DNA from: an uncultured Chloroflexia bacterium
Lineage (GTDB): Bacteria; Chloroflexota; Anaerolineae; JAAYZQ01
Direction: 5' to 3'
DNA: 64,000 bases
Assembly: GCA_963700285.1 (NCBI GenBank)
Contig: CAVOXA010000001.1
Coordinates: 320,001 to 384,000, forward strand
Shown here: one piece after another, positions 19,274 to 30,540 of the stretch
Position numbering within the stretch: position 1 is the first letter of the stretch
Layout: each line of letters starts with the position of its first letter
Made by a program: the position numbers and the translations under genes
The notes under the pieces: model-generated
What the model saw: the letters and a program-made list of their open reading frames with translations, nothing else
Told to the model about the DNA's origin: nothing
Database searches by the model: none

Positions 19274-20692
19274 GTGGGAACACTGATCGTCAAGTTTGGC
19301 GGTACCTCGGTCGGTAGCGCCGAGGCCCTTACTCAGGCATCTGGTATTGTGCAGGCACAGGCCAGGGACTGGGATCGCCTGGTGGTGGTCGTCTCGGCCA
19401 TGAGAGGGGTGACAGATTCCTTGATCCGTGGCGCGCGTACGGCTGCTTCCGGCGACGATCAAGTCTATCGATCTACGGTCACGGATCTGCGCGTACTCCA
19501 CTATCGGGCCGTGGATGCCCTGCTCCTTTCTGACAGCGAACGCACCCAATTGCTGGCGAGGGTAGACGAGTACCTGGACGAGTTCTCCGCTTTTTGCCAC
19601 AGTGTCTACATTTTGGGCGAGGCCACGTCGCGGGCCATGGATGCAGTCACCTCGTTGGGTGAGCGGATTAACGCACGCCTCATGGCTGCTCTGCTGCGCC
19701 AGGGTGGCCTGCGCAGTGAGGCTGTGGATGCCACCGCGGTGATCGTCACCGACGATACCTTTCAAAACGCCGTCCCGCTGATGGAGGCCAGCCGAACTCA
19801 GGCTTCCGCACGTCTGGGCCCGTTGTTAGACGAGGGCGTGGTGCCGGTCGTGACCGGTTTTATCGGAGCCACGGAGAAGGGTATCACGACGACCTTGGGG
19901 CGGGGCGGCAGTGACTATAGCGCGGCGATTCTGGGGGCTTGCCTGGACGCCGATGAAGTCTGGACCTGGACAGACGTGGACGGTGTGATGACGGCTGACC
20001 CGAATATGGTAGCGGAGGCGCGGGTGATCCCTACGCTTTCGTACAGCGAGGTAGGCGAGCTTGCCTACTTTGGGGCCAAGGTGCTGCATCCGCGGACCAT
20101 CCGTCCCGTCGTGGAGCGTGGCATTCCACTCCGGGTCAAGAATACCTTCAATCCGGCCTCTCCTGGTACCCGCATTGTCCGCGAGCCGGAAAGCACGCCT
20201 GGGACCGTCAAGGCGGTGACTGCCATCAAAGGCCTGAGCCTGGTGACGGTGGAGGGTCGAGGTATGATGGGGGTACCGGGCATCGCTGCACGTACTTTTT
20301 CGGCGGTCGCCAGTCAGGGCACCAGCGTGTTGATGATCTCCCAGTCCTCGTCGGAGCAGTCTATCTCATTTGTCATCCCTATGGATGCGGTCGTACCAGT
20401 GGTCAAGGCCATTGAGCGAGAGATGGCCTTGGAGCTGGCCCGACGGGACATAGATCGTGTCTGGTCGCTGGACGATGTGGTGATCGTGAGCGCGGTGGGA
20501 ACGGGCATGCGTGGTACTCCAGGTGTTGCTCAGCGCATCTTTGGCGCACTGGGTGAGGGGGATATCAATGTGATCGCGATTGCCCAGGGTTCATCAGAAT
20601 GCAGCATATCGCTCGTGGTCAAAGCCGAGGCTGCGGTCGACGCCGTGCGAAGGATTCACGATCAGGTGCTGCTTATCAATGGAGTATCTTGA
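19274..20692 (+). CDS. lysC: Aspartate kinase (monofunctional, two ACT domains)
   Basis: KFGGTSV, VVSAM, TLGRGGSDYSA, DVDGV, SQSSSE; GTG start with AGGAGG RBS. Confidence 0.92.
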   Translation: MGTLIVKFGGTSVGSAEALTQASGIVQAQARDWDRLVVVVSAMRGVTDSLIRGARTAASGDDQVYRSTVTDLRVLHYRAVDALLLSDSERTQLLARVDEYLDEFSAFCHSVYILGEATSRAMDAVTSLGERINARLMAALLRQGGLRSEAVDATAVIVTDDTFQNAVPLMEASRTQASARLGPLLDEGVVPVVTGFIGATEKGITTTLGRGGSDYSAAILGACLDADEVWTWTDVDGVMTADPNMVAEARVIPTLSYSEVGELAYFGAKVLHPRTIRPVVERGIPLRVKNTFNPASPGTRIVREPESTPGTVKAVTAIKGLSLVTVEGRGMMGVPGIAARTFSAVASQGTSVLMISQSSSEQSISFVIPMDAVVPVVKAIEREMALELARRDIDRVWSLDDVVIVSAVGTGMRGTPGVAQRIFGALGEGDINVIAIAQGSSECSISLVVKAEAAVDAVRRIHDQVLLINGVS

Positions 20693-20715
20693 CTGATTCC
20701 GGGAGGTTACACTGG

Positions 20716-21849
20716 ATGAAGAACTATGGCTACGCATCCGTCCAGGAATTCCTCGACGATCGTATTGTCTATCGAAACCTGGTACCCTCTGATCCCCGGT
20801 TGCCACCGGTGTCAGAGGTGCGCCGGAAGATAGGGTTGCCACCTGGCCTGGTCCCGCGCAAAACTGCACCAGAGTACGCCCAGGTCATCGTCCATCTGCT
20901 CCAGCAGGCGCGGGCTCTCGATATGCCTGGCATCCCTATCCAGCGCCTGGTCTACGTAGGCGACACACCCATGAACGATGGAACGGCATTCACAAATATC
21001 AGTGATGCGGGAAACTGGCCGGGTCTGGCCTTTATTGGTTCTGATCGCGATGAACCGGCTCGCGTGGAACTGGTCGAACGTGAGAGGGGGATGCTCTACG
21101 TGGCGAACCGCTGGGGGGCGCTCTCGGACTTTCGGCAGTTCTGTCGCGACCGGAGCTTTCCGGTGGACGAGGGGACGGCCGTCATTGTTGACCTGGACAA
21201 GACGGCCGTGGGGGCGCGAGGACGCAACGATCATGTCATCGATCAAGCCCGTGTTGAGGCTGTGCGCCGGACGGTTGGCGATCTGTTGGGCGATGAGTTT
21301 GACCCGGAGAGCTTTCAGACAGCCTATGACTGCCTGAACCAACTCGAGTTCCACCCGTTCACCGCCGACAATCAAGACTATTTGGCCTACATCTGCCTGA
21401 TCTTGGGCAGTGGCCTGTATTCATTGGACGGCCTGGTGGCCGACGTGCGGGCGGATCGGGTGGCAGCCTTTCAACAGTTTATCGCTAAAGTGGACGATCA
21501 GGCTGGCGAGTTGCCTGCCAGTCTGCGGCAGATACACAGCGACATCCATGACCGTGTGTTGCAAGGCGATCCGACCCCTTTCAAGGCGTTTCGTTACACA
21601 GAGTATCTGGTCACAGTGGAAAAGATGGGTTGGTTGGCGGAAAGTGCAACGATTGATGCGTTGCTTGCGGACGAGCTTGTCATCACACAGGAGGTGCGAG
21701 AGACGGCACTGACCTGGCTTGGCCAAGGGGCATTGCTCTTTGGTCTCTCGGACAAACCTGATGAGGCATCCATCCCGACCAGTGACCTTGCCGCTCAAGG
21801 ATACCGGCCGATCCACCGAATGGATACTCGCGCTGTAGGAACTGTATGA
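20716..21849 (+). CDS. Hypothetical 377-aa protein, circularly permuted HAD-like
   Basis: YVGDTPMND (res 80-88) precedes VIVDLDKT (res 156-163); FGLSDKP near the C-terminus; GGGAGG RBS. Confidence 0.7.
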   Translation: MKNYGYASVQEFLDDRIVYRNLVPSDPRLPPVSEVRRKIGLPPGLVPRKTAPEYAQVIVHLLQQARALDMPGIPIQRLVYVGDTPMNDGTAFTNISDAGNWPGLAFIGSDRDEPARVELVERERGMLYVANRWGALSDFRQFCRDRSFPVDEGTAVIVDLDKTAVGARGRNDHVIDQARVEAVRRTVGDLLGDEFDPESFQTAYDCLNQLEFHPFTADNQDYLAYICLILGSGLYSLDGLVADVRADRVAAFQQFIAKVDDQAGELPASLRQIHSDIHDRVLQGDPTPFKAFRYTEYLVTVEKMGWLAESATIDALLADELVITQEVRETALTWLGQGALLFGLSDKPDEASIPTSDLAAQGYRPIHRMDTRAVGTV

Positions 21850-21934
21850 TGACCCAGGATGGGTGAAGAAGAGCAGGGCATGGCTTGCACCTCGGGAGGC
21901 CTGGCTTTCTTTGCCCGGTTTGGAGGTGGCGTTC

Positions 21935-23257
21935 ATGGGCTACAATAGCTGGCTCGAATGTGTCCGCGGCTGCGGCCGTCGATACTCCATCTATGATGTG
22001 GTCTATCGCTGCGAGGATTGCGGTGGCTTGTTGGATGTGGAGCACGATCTGGACGCACTCAAGGATCGCAGCGCCGCTGACTGGCGACAGCTTTTTGACC
22101 GCCGGATACGGACCAATGAGTGGCCCTACGGGAGTGGTGTATGGGGCAAGAAGGAGTGGGTCTGCCCCGAGGTGGCCAACGACAACGTCGTCTCGATGTA
22201 TGAGGGGCACACCAACTGTTTCTGGGCAGAGCGCCTTGGGAAGGAGATCGGCGTGTCCGACCTTTGGGTCAAGCTGTCGGGGAATAGCCACACCGGTTCC
22301 TTCAAAGACCTGGGGATGACGGTGTTGATCTCTGTAGTACGGCAGATGATGGCTGATGGAAAACCGATTCGCGCCGTCGCCTGTGCATCCACCGGTGATA
22401 CCTCGGCAGCGCTGGCAGCCTACGGCGCTGCTGCTGGCATCCCTACGATCGTGTTTCTGCCCCGTGGCAGAGTCTCTACCGCCCAGTTGGTACAGCCCAT
22501 CGCGCACGGCGCGCTGGTACTGGCGTTGGATACCGACTTTGATGGTTGCATGCGCATTGTGCGCGAGGTCACCGCAGATCAGACCATCTACCTGGCAAAC
22601 TCGATGAACTCGCTGCGGATGGAGGGACAAAAGACAGTCGGCATTGAGATAGCTCAGCAATTCGATTGGCAGGCTCCGGACTGGCTCATCATCCCAGCGG
22701 GCAATCTGGGCAACGTTAGCGCCCTGGGCAAGGGACTGCTGATGATGCGGGAATTGGGTCTGATAGATAGGCTGCCGCGCATTGCCTGCGCCCAGGCGGC
22801 CCACGCCAACCCCCTCTACCTCAGCTATCTCACGGGCTTTGAAGAGTACATGTCTGTGTCCGCGGCCGAGACCCTGGCCACCGCCATCCAGATCGGTGAG
22901 CCGGTGAGCTATGAGCGAGCTGTCAAGGTGCTGCAGGCCTTTGACGGCGTGGTCGAGCAGGCTACCGAAGATGAACTGGCCAATGCTGCTGCTGCTGCCG
23001 ACCGTGCGGGCCTGTATAGTTGTCCTCAAACCGGTGTGGCTCTGGCGGTACTGGATAAATTGATTGCTCGTGGAGAGATTCTGCCTGAACATCGCGTGGT
23101 TGTCATCTCTACTGCCCATGGCCTCAAGTTCACTCGCTTCAAGGTCGGATATCACGAACAAGCACAGGTGGAAGTCGTGGCCCAGCACGCCAATCCGCCG
23201 GTGGAGCTGCCGGCTGACACCAGATCTGTGCTCCGGGCCATCGAGCAGGCTCTTTGA
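21935..23257 (+). CDS. thrC: Threonine synthase
   Basis: [30 protein letters not shown]. Confidence 0.93.
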   Translation: MGYNSWLECVRGCGRRYSIYDVVYRCEDCGGLLDVEHDLDALKDRSAADWRQLFDRRIRTNEWPYGSGVWGKKEWVCPEVANDNVVSMYEGHTNCFWAERLGKEIGVSDLWVKLSGNSHTGSFKDLGMTVLISVVRQMMADGKPIRAVACASTGDTSAALAAYGAAAGIPTIVFLPRGRVSTAQLVQPIAHGALVLALDTDFDGCMRIVREVTADQTIYLANSMNSLRMEGQKTVGIEIAQQFDWQAPDWLIIPAGNLGNVSALGKGLLMMRELGLIDRLPRIACAQAAHANPLYLSYLTGFEEYMSVSAAETLATAIQIGEPVSYERAVKVLQAFDGVVEQATEDELANAAAAADRAGLYSCPQTGVALAVLDKLIARGEILPEHRVVVISTAHGLKFTRFKVGYHEQAQVEVVAQHANPPVELPADTRSVLRAIEQAL

Positions 23258-23402
23258 ACGAACTTCTGACAGATTGCCTGGAACCGAAAGGTTTGTGTCA
23301 GGCTCGCATTCACTTTCGTGAGGACGACGCACAGTTCTGGTGATAACCGGTCAATTCTGGCCATGCCAGGCATGCCCGAAAGCCCTCAGCCAAAATGCTG
23401 AC

Positions 23403-23431
23403 TTGACAAATACCGCGGACTGTGGTATAAG
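23403..23431 (+). promoter_or_regulatory. Sigma70 promoter of the ilv-leu operon
   Basis: TTGACA (23403-23408)-N17-TATAAG (23426-23431) with extended -10 TG. Confidence 0.75.
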
Positions 23432-23493
23432 AGCGCGATGTGAAGGTGACTGAGTCATGGCTCCAGTGGGCCGTGGCCGAAAGTGAGAGTGCA

Positions 23494-23598
23494 GTGCTCC
23501 AAGCCTTATACCTTGCCCAACTGGTCATCGTTATTCTGTTGTTGGTTGAGCTCCTTGGGATTAAGGAGCAATTGGCCGTTGGGAGGGTTTCTGCATAG
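23494..23598 (+). CDS. Putative Ile/Leu/Val attenuator leader peptide
   Basis: GTG start: MLQALYLAQLVIVILLLVELLGIKEQLAVGRVSA*; nine consecutive I/L/V codons at 23521-23547. In-frame GTGs at 23440, 23446 and 23473 are alternative starts. Confidence 0.78.
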   Translation: MLQALYLAQLVIVILLLVELLGIKEQLAVGRVSA

Positions 23599-23623
23599 CA
23601 GATACACACAGCAAACAGGCGAG

Positions 23624-23650
23624 GGCCTCCCACAAGGGAGGCCTTTTTTT
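23624..23650 (+). terminator. Attenuator intrinsic terminator upstream of ilvD
   Basis: GGCCTCCC-ACAA-GGGAGGCC followed by T7. Confidence 0.9.
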
Positions 23651-23717
23651 GCGCTAGACCTGTTTCCGTCGGCCGCCGATGGGCAGGGGTAGAAAGACAG
23701 AGCCAGAGAGGAGAAAA

Positions 23718-25382
23718 ATGAGAAGCGACGCTGTCAAGCGCGGGGTGGAGCGGGCACCCCACCGGTCGTTGTTGAGGGCATTGGGCTGCACCGACCGGGA
23801 GATGGATCAACCATTCATTGGTGTCATCAATTCCTATAACGAGGCGATCCCTGGCCATATGGGGCTGCGGCCGATCGCAGATGCTGTCAAAGCGGGAGTT
23901 CGTATGGCTGGCGGCACTCCCTTTGAGAGCAACACCATTGGCGTGTGCGATGGACTGGCCATGAACCACATGGGTATGAAGTACTCGCTGCCCAGCCGCG
24001 AACTGATCGCCGATTCTGTCGAGGTCGTTGCGCAGGCGCATGCTTTTGACGCGCTGGTCTTGATTCCAAATTGTGACAAGATCATCCCCGGCATGCTGAT
24101 GGCTGCTGCCCGGCTCAACTTGCCGGCGATCGTCGTCAGTGGCGGGCCGATGCTCGCCGGCCGCCTGGATGGCCGGCAGGTTGATCTGGCCGACGTTTTT
24201 ATGGCCGTGGGGGCCGTAGCCCGTGGCGAGATGGACGAAGAGGAATTGAGTCGCCTGGAGCAAGCGGCTTGTCCCGGCTGTGGCTCCTGTTCAGGGATGT
24301 TTACGGCCAATACCATGAACTGTCTGACCGAGTCGTTGGGTCTGGGACTGCCTGGCAATGGGACGATCCCGGCGATTCACGCTGCCCGGTTGGCACTGGC
24401 CAAGCAGGCAGGCATGCAGGTCATGGAGCTGCTGGCTCGCGACATCAAGCCCCTGGACATCCTTACCCCCGCTGCCTTTCGCAATGCTTTTGCTGCCGAC
24501 ATGGCCCTTGGCGGTTCGACCAACTCGGTGCTGCACTTGATGGCTATCGCCCATGAGGCCGGAGTCCACATTCCGCTGCACGAACTCAATGACTACAGTG
24601 ACCGCACCCCGCATCTCTGCAAGATGAGCCCAGCGGCGGGAGGCCACCATATCGAGGATCTGAACGACGCTGGCGGCATCCCGGCGGTGATGCGGCGGCT
24701 TCTGGATGGTGATCTGCTAGAGGGCGATGCCCTCACGGTCACAGGACGAAGTGTGGCTGGCAATCTGGCCAGGGTCAAGGTTCGTGACGAACGTGTGATT
24801 CGCCCCCTCGATGCGCCCTATGCTGCTACCGGCGGCTTGGCCATCCTCTTTGGCAACCTCGCGCCGGATGGTGCTGTAGTCAAGCAGGCGGTGGTCGCGC
24901 CCGAGATGCGCCAGCACAGGGGCCCGGCACGTGTCTTTGAATCGGAAGAATCAGCTACAGCGGCCATCATGGCCAGGGAGTTTTCCGAAGGAGACGTGCT
25001 GGTCATCCGGTACGAAGGACCCAAGGGCGGCCCGGGCATGCGCGAGATGCTTACGGCAACCTCGCTACTTTCAGGCATGGGCTTGGATGACAAGGTGGCC
25101 CTGTTGACCGACGGGCGCTTTTCAGGCGCGACCCGAGGGGCGGCGATTGGTCACATCTCGCCCGAAGCGGCCGAGCGCGGACCGCTGGCGGTGGTTCGCG
25201 ATGGCGATCCCATCCGCATTGACATCCCCAACCGGACGCTTGACCTGGATCTGCCTGTGGCCGAGATCGACCAGCGCTTGGCAGATCTGCCGGTCTGGGA
25301 ACCGCCGATCCGGTCCGGCTACCTGCGTCGCTACGCCCAGGCTGTCACCTCGGCCTGCACTGGGGCGGTCTTTCAGGAGTGA
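23718..25382 (+). CDS. ilvD: Dihydroxy-acid dehydratase
   Basis: CDG, NCDK, FTANTMN, GGSTN, GPGMREM, TDGRFSG. Confidence 0.97.
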   Translation: MRSDAVKRGVERAPHRSLLRALGCTDREMDQPFIGVINSYNEAIPGHMGLRPIADAVKAGVRMAGGTPFESNTIGVCDGLAMNHMGMKYSLPSRELIADSVEVVAQAHAFDALVLIPNCDKIIPGMLMAAARLNLPAIVVSGGPMLAGRLDGRQVDLADVFMAVGAVARGEMDEEELSRLEQAACPGCGSCSGMFTANTMNCLTESLGLGLPGNGTIPAIHAARLALAKQAGMQVMELLARDIKPLDILTPAAFRNAFAADMALGGSTNSVLHLMAIAHEAGVHIPLHELNDYSDRTPHLCKMSPAAGGHHIEDLNDAGGIPAVMRRLLDGDLLEGDALTVTGRSVAGNLARVKVRDERVIRPLDAPYAATGGLAILFGNLAPDGAVVKQAVVAPEMRQHRGPARVFESEESATAAIMAREFSEGDVLVIRYEGPKGGPGMREMLTATSLLSGMGLDDKVALLTDGRFSGATRGAAIGHISPEAAERGPLAVVRDGDPIRIDIPNRTLDLDLPVAEIDQRLADLPVWEPPIRSGYLRRYAQAVTSACTGAVFQE

Positions 25383-25424
25383 CCGTCCTGTGCCACATAA
25401 TCTGAAACACGAGGAGAGGATATT

Positions 25425-27129
25425 ATGAGACTGACAGGAGCACAAGCGGTCTGGGAGAGCGTTGTGCGTGAAGGTGTCGACCTGATCTTTGGGATCTCGG
25501 GTGGAGCCGTGATCCACCTGTATCACGCCTTGCCCGAATTCCCCATCCGTCACGTGCTTACGCGTCATGAGCAGGGTGCGGCTCACGCTGCTGATGGTTA
25601 CGCTCGGGCCACGGGCAAGGTTGGTGTCTGCATTGCCACCTCTGGCCCTGGGGCTACCAACCTGGTCACCGGTCTAGCGACAGCACAGATGGACTCTTCG
25701 CCCATGGTGGCCATCACCGGGCAGGTCGTGACGCCTCTCATTGGCACTGATGCCTTTCAAGAGACGGACATCACGGGCATCACCATGCCTATCACCAAGC
25801 ACAGCTACCTGGTCACCGACGTCGAGGACATACCGACCGTGATGAAAGAAGCCTTCCACATTGCCAGGAGCGGCCGGCCAGGCCCGGTGCTCGTCGATAT
25901 CGCCAAGGATGCCCAAGCTGCCGAACTGGACTATGTATACCCCGACGACGTGTATCTCCCGGGGTATCAGGCTGCCCGATTCGGACCTGTCCGCCGAAAT
26001 CGAGGAGATGGCGCGGATGATCGACGAAGCGAGTAGACCGCTGATCATCGCTGGGCATGGTGTGATCCTGGCAGGGGCCGAGGATGCGCTGCTCCAATTG
26101 GTTGAGCGGGGTAAGGTACCGGTGATCACCACGTTGTTGGGCATCGGGTCCATGCCGGAGATGCATCCGCTTTGCCTGGGCATGGCCGGGATGCATGGCG
26201 AGGCGTACACCAATCTGGCGATATCGGAGGCAGATTTGCTGATCTCCTTGGGCAGCCGCTTCGACGATCGCCTCACCGGACCCGTCAGCCAGTTCGGAGA
26301 GCATGCGCGCATCGTCCACGTGGATATCGACCCCGTCGAGATCGGCAAGACGGTCTGGCCGGATCTGGCGCTGGTGGGCGACCTGAAAGATGTTTTGCCA
26401 GCGCTTGTTCCGCTGGTTGGGAATGGCGGAGACGTGGACGCGCGCCGGCAGGGGCGGGAGGAGTGGCTGGCTCGCATCCAGGAATGGCGTGGAGAGTCGG
26501 CCAAGCGGGACATCGTGGAGCAGGAAACCGACGAAATGGTGCCCCAATACGTCATACGCCAACTGTGGGAAGCGACCCGCGGCGAGGCGCTGGTAGTCTC
26601 GGATGTTGGGCAGAACCAGATGTGGGAGGCGCAGTACTTTATCCATCATCGCAGGCGGGGGCTGCTTTCCTCCGGCGGTCTGGGTACGATGGGTTTTGCC
26701 CTTCCAGCGGCCATCGGCGCCCAAATGGGACGCCCTGATGAGCTGGTGTGGGTTACCGTGGGCGATGGCGGGTTTCAGATGAATATCCAGGAACTGGCGA
26801 CTGTTGCCCAGGAAAAGCTGCCCATCAAGATCGCTATTCTGAACAATGGCTACCTGGGGATGGTGCGCCAGTGGCAGCAGTTGTTCTTTGAAGGGCGCTA
26901 TTCCGGAACACCGCTGTTGGGACCGGATTTTGCCAAGGTTGCCGAGGCCTATGGCATAGCCGGTATCACAGTCCGGAATAAAACCGAGGTCGTGTCGGCC
27001 ATTAACGAGGCCAACTCTATTGAGGGACCTGTGTTGTTGGATTTTCTCGTTGAGCAGGAAGAGAACGTCTATCCCATGGTTGCCCCCGGTGGTCCTGTTC
27101 ACGATATGATCCGCCGACCGAGACCTTAG
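25425..27129 (+). CDS. ilvB: Acetolactate synthase large subunit; +1 frameshift near 25968
   Basis: N-half ([14 protein letters not shown]) and C-half ([24 protein letters not shown]) are in different frames; removing one base at TATCAGGCTG restores PGYRLPD. Confidence 0.9.
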
Positions 27130-27155
27130 GAGGAGTGAGAATGGAGGATAAGAAG

Positions 27156-27662
27156 ATGATGCAACACACGCTGATCGCCCACATGGAGAACAAGCCAGGC
27201 GTGCTCAACAGGGTTTCCGGTCTGTTCCGGCGACGCAACTATAACATTGAGGCCCTGAGCGTCGGCCATAGTGAGACACCCGGCATCTCGCGTATGACGA
27301 TTGTTGTCAACGGCGATAACCGTATCGTCGAGCAGGTGGTCAAACAACTGTACAAACTGGTGAACGTGACAGAGGTTGCGGACGTCAGCGATCAGCCTTC
27401 GGTGATCCGTGAACTGGCGCTGATCAAGGTGCAGGCCAGGCCGGGTACCCGTATGGAGATCATCGAACTGGCCAAGGTTTTTCGGGGGCGGGTAGTGGAT
27501 GTTGGCTCGGAAGCGATGACCATCGAGATCTCTGGGCCGGAGGAACGGGTGAATTCCCTGGTGCGGCTGCTGCAACCCTATGGCATCAAAGAGCTGGCGC
27601 GCACGGGCCGGATGGCAATGGTGCGCAGCGACGATGGAAGAGAGCCGCTCCTGGAGACATGA
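27156..27662 (+). CDS. ilvN: Acetolactate synthase small regulatory subunit
   Basis: ENKPGVLNRVSGLFRRRNYNI, RELALIKV, ARTG; start could be 27141. Confidence 0.95.
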   Translation: MMQHTLIAHMENKPGVLNRVSGLFRRRNYNIEALSVGHSETPGISRMTIVVNGDNRIVEQVVKQLYKLVNVTEVADVSDQPSVIRELALIKVQARPGTRMEIIELAKVFRGRVVDVGSEAMTIEISGPEERVNSLVRLLQPYGIKELARTGRMAMVRSDDGREPLLET

Positions 27663-27779
27663 TGGGGTATTAGAACCAGGTACTCGGATCTTGCATCCGT
27701 GAGCGATTGGTTGCCACTCGATGGCGGATCTAACTGCAGCACAAATACAAAAGCATACATAACTGGGAGGAAATCAAGC

Positions 27780-28787
27780 ATGGCGAACATTTACTACGAC
27801 AAGGACGCAGACCTCGGGCTGCTTGCCGAGAAAAAGATCGCTGTCATCGGCTATGGCAGCCAGGGGCACGCCCACGCCCTCAACCTACAGGACAGCGGTT
27901 GCCAGGTGGCAGTCGGTCTGTACGCGGGGAGTCGCTCTTGGGAGGCAGCTCAAAAGGCGGGATTGACCGTTATGCCGGTCGCGGAGGCGTCGGCCTGGGC
28001 GGACGTTGTTATGATCCTGGTACCCGAACCGGTCCAGCCAGTACTCTACGAAGAAGCCATTGCCCCCGGGCTCAAAGATGGTGACACACTCATGTTTGCC
28101 CACGGCTTCAACATCCGCTACTATCAGGTTGTGCCCCCGCCCAATGTGGACGTAAGCATGATCGCTCCCAAGTCGCCAGGGCACCGTGTGCGTGAGTTGT
28201 ACCAGGAAGGACAGGGCACACCGGCTCTGCTGGCCGTCTATCAGGACGTCACCGGAAAGGCCAAAGAGATGGCCTTGGCCTATGCCAAGGGGATCGGCTG
28301 CGCCCGGGCTGGGGTTCTTGAGACCACCTTCTCCGAAGAGACCGAAACAGACCTGTTTGGTGAGCAGGCGGTGCTTTGCGGTGGTGTCACGGAATTGATC
28401 AAGGCCGGGTTTGAGACCTTGGTCGAAGCCGGATACCAGCCCGAAATCGCCTACTTTGAGTGCCTGCACGAGCTCAAGCTCATCGTGGATTTGATCCAGC
28501 AGGGTGGCTTGACATACATGCGCTACTCGGTCAGTGACACTGCCGAGCATGGTGACTATACGGGCGGCCGGCGTGTTGTCAACGACGATACCCGAGCCGA
28601 AATGCGCCGTATGCTAGCAGAGGTCCAGGATGGAACGTACGCCCGGTCCTGGATTCTGGAGAACCAGGCTGGCCGGCCCTTCTTCAATACCATGCGCTTG
28701 CGCGAACAGGAGCATCTCATCGAAAAGGTTGGACGGAAATTGCGGGCCATGATGCCTTGGATGGATCCCAAAGAAGTGACCTGGTAG
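27780..28787 (+). CDS. ilvC: Ketol-acid reductoisomerase
   Basis: [30 protein letters not shown]. Confidence 0.97.
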   Translation: MANIYYDKDADLGLLAEKKIAVIGYGSQGHAHALNLQDSGCQVAVGLYAGSRSWEAAQKAGLTVMPVAEASAWADVVMILVPEPVQPVLYEEAIAPGLKDGDTLMFAHGFNIRYYQVVPPPNVDVSMIAPKSPGHRVRELYQEGQGTPALLAVYQDVTGKAKEMALAYAKGIGCARAGVLETTFSEETETDLFGEQAVLCGGVTELIKAGFETLVEAGYQPEIAYFECLHELKLIVDLIQQGGLTYMRYSVSDTAEHGDYTGGRRVVNDDTRAEMRRMLAEVQDGTYARSWILENQAGRPFFNTMRLREQEHLIEKVGRKLRAMMPWMDPKEVTW

Positions 28788-28880
28788 ACCGGTGAATTGG
28801 TGGATTGGGTGATGGGTTGCCCAACGTGGTGTTGTCTGGTGCACCCATCTACCAATGTCCAATCCACCAATCGACCGGTC
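28787..28880. repeat. Long imperfect intergenic hairpin built from ATTGG/CCAAT units
   Basis: GACCGGTgaATTGGTGGATTGG ... CCAATCCACCAATcgACCGGTC. Confidence 0.7.
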
Positions 28881-28909
28881 ACACCGCTTGATCAGGAAAG
28901 GTACATATC

Positions 28910-30499
28910 ATGTCAGCAGGAACGGATCGCGTATATGTCTTTGACACAACACTGCGCGATGGCGAGCAGTCGCCGGGAGCGGCGCTGACCGTCAATGAGA
29001 AGCTTGAAATCGCCCATGTACTCGAGGACCTCGGGGTCGACGTCATCGAAGCGGGTTTCCCCATTTCTTCGCCGGGTGACTTTCGGGCGGTACAGCGCAT
29101 CTCCCAAGAGATACGCAATTGTACTATCTGTGGCCTAACCCGAGCTAACAAGAAGGACATCGATGTCGCGGCCGAGGCGCTGCAAGATGCTGCATACCCC
29201 CGCATCCATACCGGGCTGGGCGTTTCCGACGTACACATTGAGTACAAGCTGCGCACCACGCGAGAAAAGGCGCTGGAGCTGGGCGTTGAAGCCGTTCGAC
29301 ACGCCAAGAGCTATGTCGAGGACGTACAATACTACCCCGAGGACGCTGGACGCGCGGATCCGGAGTATCTCTACCGGGTGGTAGAAGCAGTGATAGACGC
29401 CGGCGCTACGGTAGTCAATATCCCGGACACCACTGGTTATTCCACGCCTGACGAGTTTGGCGCCCTGATCCGGGGCATTGTTGAGAACGTACCCAACGTC
29501 CACCGGGCAATCATCGCGGTACACTGTCACGACGACTTGGGCATGGCTACGGCTAACACACTGGCCGGCGTACGCAACGGCGCCCGGCAGGTGGAGGTTA
29601 CGGTCAACGGTATCGGCGAGCGGGCGGGCAACACCTCGTTGGAGGAGGTGGTCATGGCTCTCCAGACGCGACGGCATGTTTTTGAGCTTGAGACCCGCAT
29701 CATCCCCCGGCACCTTTATCCTGTCAGCCGCCTCGTCAGCCAGTTGACGGGTATCCCGGTGCAGCCAAACAAGGCGGTCGTCGGAGCCAATGCCTTTGCC
29801 CACTCGTCGGGCATCCACCAGGACGGTGTGCTCAAGGAACGTACGACCTACGAGATCATCAATCCCAGGGACGTCGGCGTGCCTGACTCGGAGATTGTGC
29901 TTTCGGCGCGATCGGGCCGGGCTGGGTTGCGGCACCGGCTTGTTGAGTTGGGCTATGCATTAGAGGAAGAGCAGTTTGAGAAGGTCTACGAGCGTTTTCT
30001 GACCGTGGCCGACAAAAAAAAGACAGTGGCCACGCGCGATCTGGAAGCAATTGTGGCCGACGAAGTGCAGATGTTCTTCGAGGAAACCTATCATCTGGAG
30101 CACGTCCAGATATCGTGCGGCGATCACAGTATCCCCACGGCTACGGTCTCAATCCGGGGGCCAGAGGATGAGATGTACTGTGATGCTGACCACGGTACCG
30201 GTCCCGTGGACGCCGTCTACCGGGCTATCAACCGCGTCATCCGCGAGCCCAATGAACTCATCGAGTTCTCCATCCAGGCCGTGACAGAAGGTATCAATGC
30301 TGTGGGCCGGGTGACTGTGCGCATCCAGGCCGACGAACCGGTGACGGACAATGGGTACGAACGACGGGTGTTCAGTGGGCGCAGCTCTGACACGGACATC
30401 GTGGTGGCTGCTGCCAAGGCCTACATGTTCGCTCTCAACCGGCTGATCGCTGCCCGGCGTGAGGGAGAAGAGCGCACGGAAACGGCTGTGACAGGCTAA
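28910..30499 (+). CDS. leuA: 2-isopropylmalate synthase
   Basis: DTTLRDGEQ, HCHDD, GERAGN, HSSGIHQDG, regulatory domain GPVDA. Confidence 0.95.
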   Translation: MSAGTDRVYVFDTTLRDGEQSPGAALTVNEKLEIAHVLEDLGVDVIEAGFPISSPGDFRAVQRISQEIRNCTICGLTRANKKDIDVAAEALQDAAYPRIHTGLGVSDVHIEYKLRTTREKALELGVEAVRHAKSYVEDVQYYPEDAGRADPEYLYRVVEAVIDAGATVVNIPDTTGYSTPDEFGALIRGIVENVPNVHRAIIAVHCHDDLGMATANTLAGVRNGARQVEVTVNGIGERAGNTSLEEVVMALQTRRHVFELETRIIPRHLYPVSRLVSQLTGIPVQPNKAVVGANAFAHSSGIHQDGVLKERTTYEIINPRDVGVPDSEIVLSARSGRAGLRHRLVELGYALEEEQFEKVYERFLTVADKKKTVATRDLEAIVADEVQMFFEETYHLEHVQISCGDHSIPTATVSIRGPEDEMYCDADHGTGPVDAVYRAINRVIREPNELIEFSIQAVTEGINAVGRVTVRIQADEPVTDNGYERRVFSGRSSDTDIVVAAAKAYMFALNRLIAARREGEERTETAVTG

Positions 30500-30540
30500 A
30501 CCATGGGAAAAATCAGAATAGAAAACGGGGATTCAATCCA

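Noticed and set aside
21683-23332. Long antisense ORFs (this 549-aa one; also 25813-27102, 34912-36009, 45941-47539)
   Set aside because: They are shadow ORFs opposite well-conserved genes in GC-rich DNA, with no recognisable motifs.
23432-23650. T-box or metabolite riboswitch upstream of ilvD
   Set aside because: No T-box motif; the I/L/V uORF and alternative helices fit ribosome-mediated attenuation.
25960-25980. Programmed frameshift in ilvB
   Set aside because: No slippery sequence, and similar one-base insertions occur in unrelated genes.
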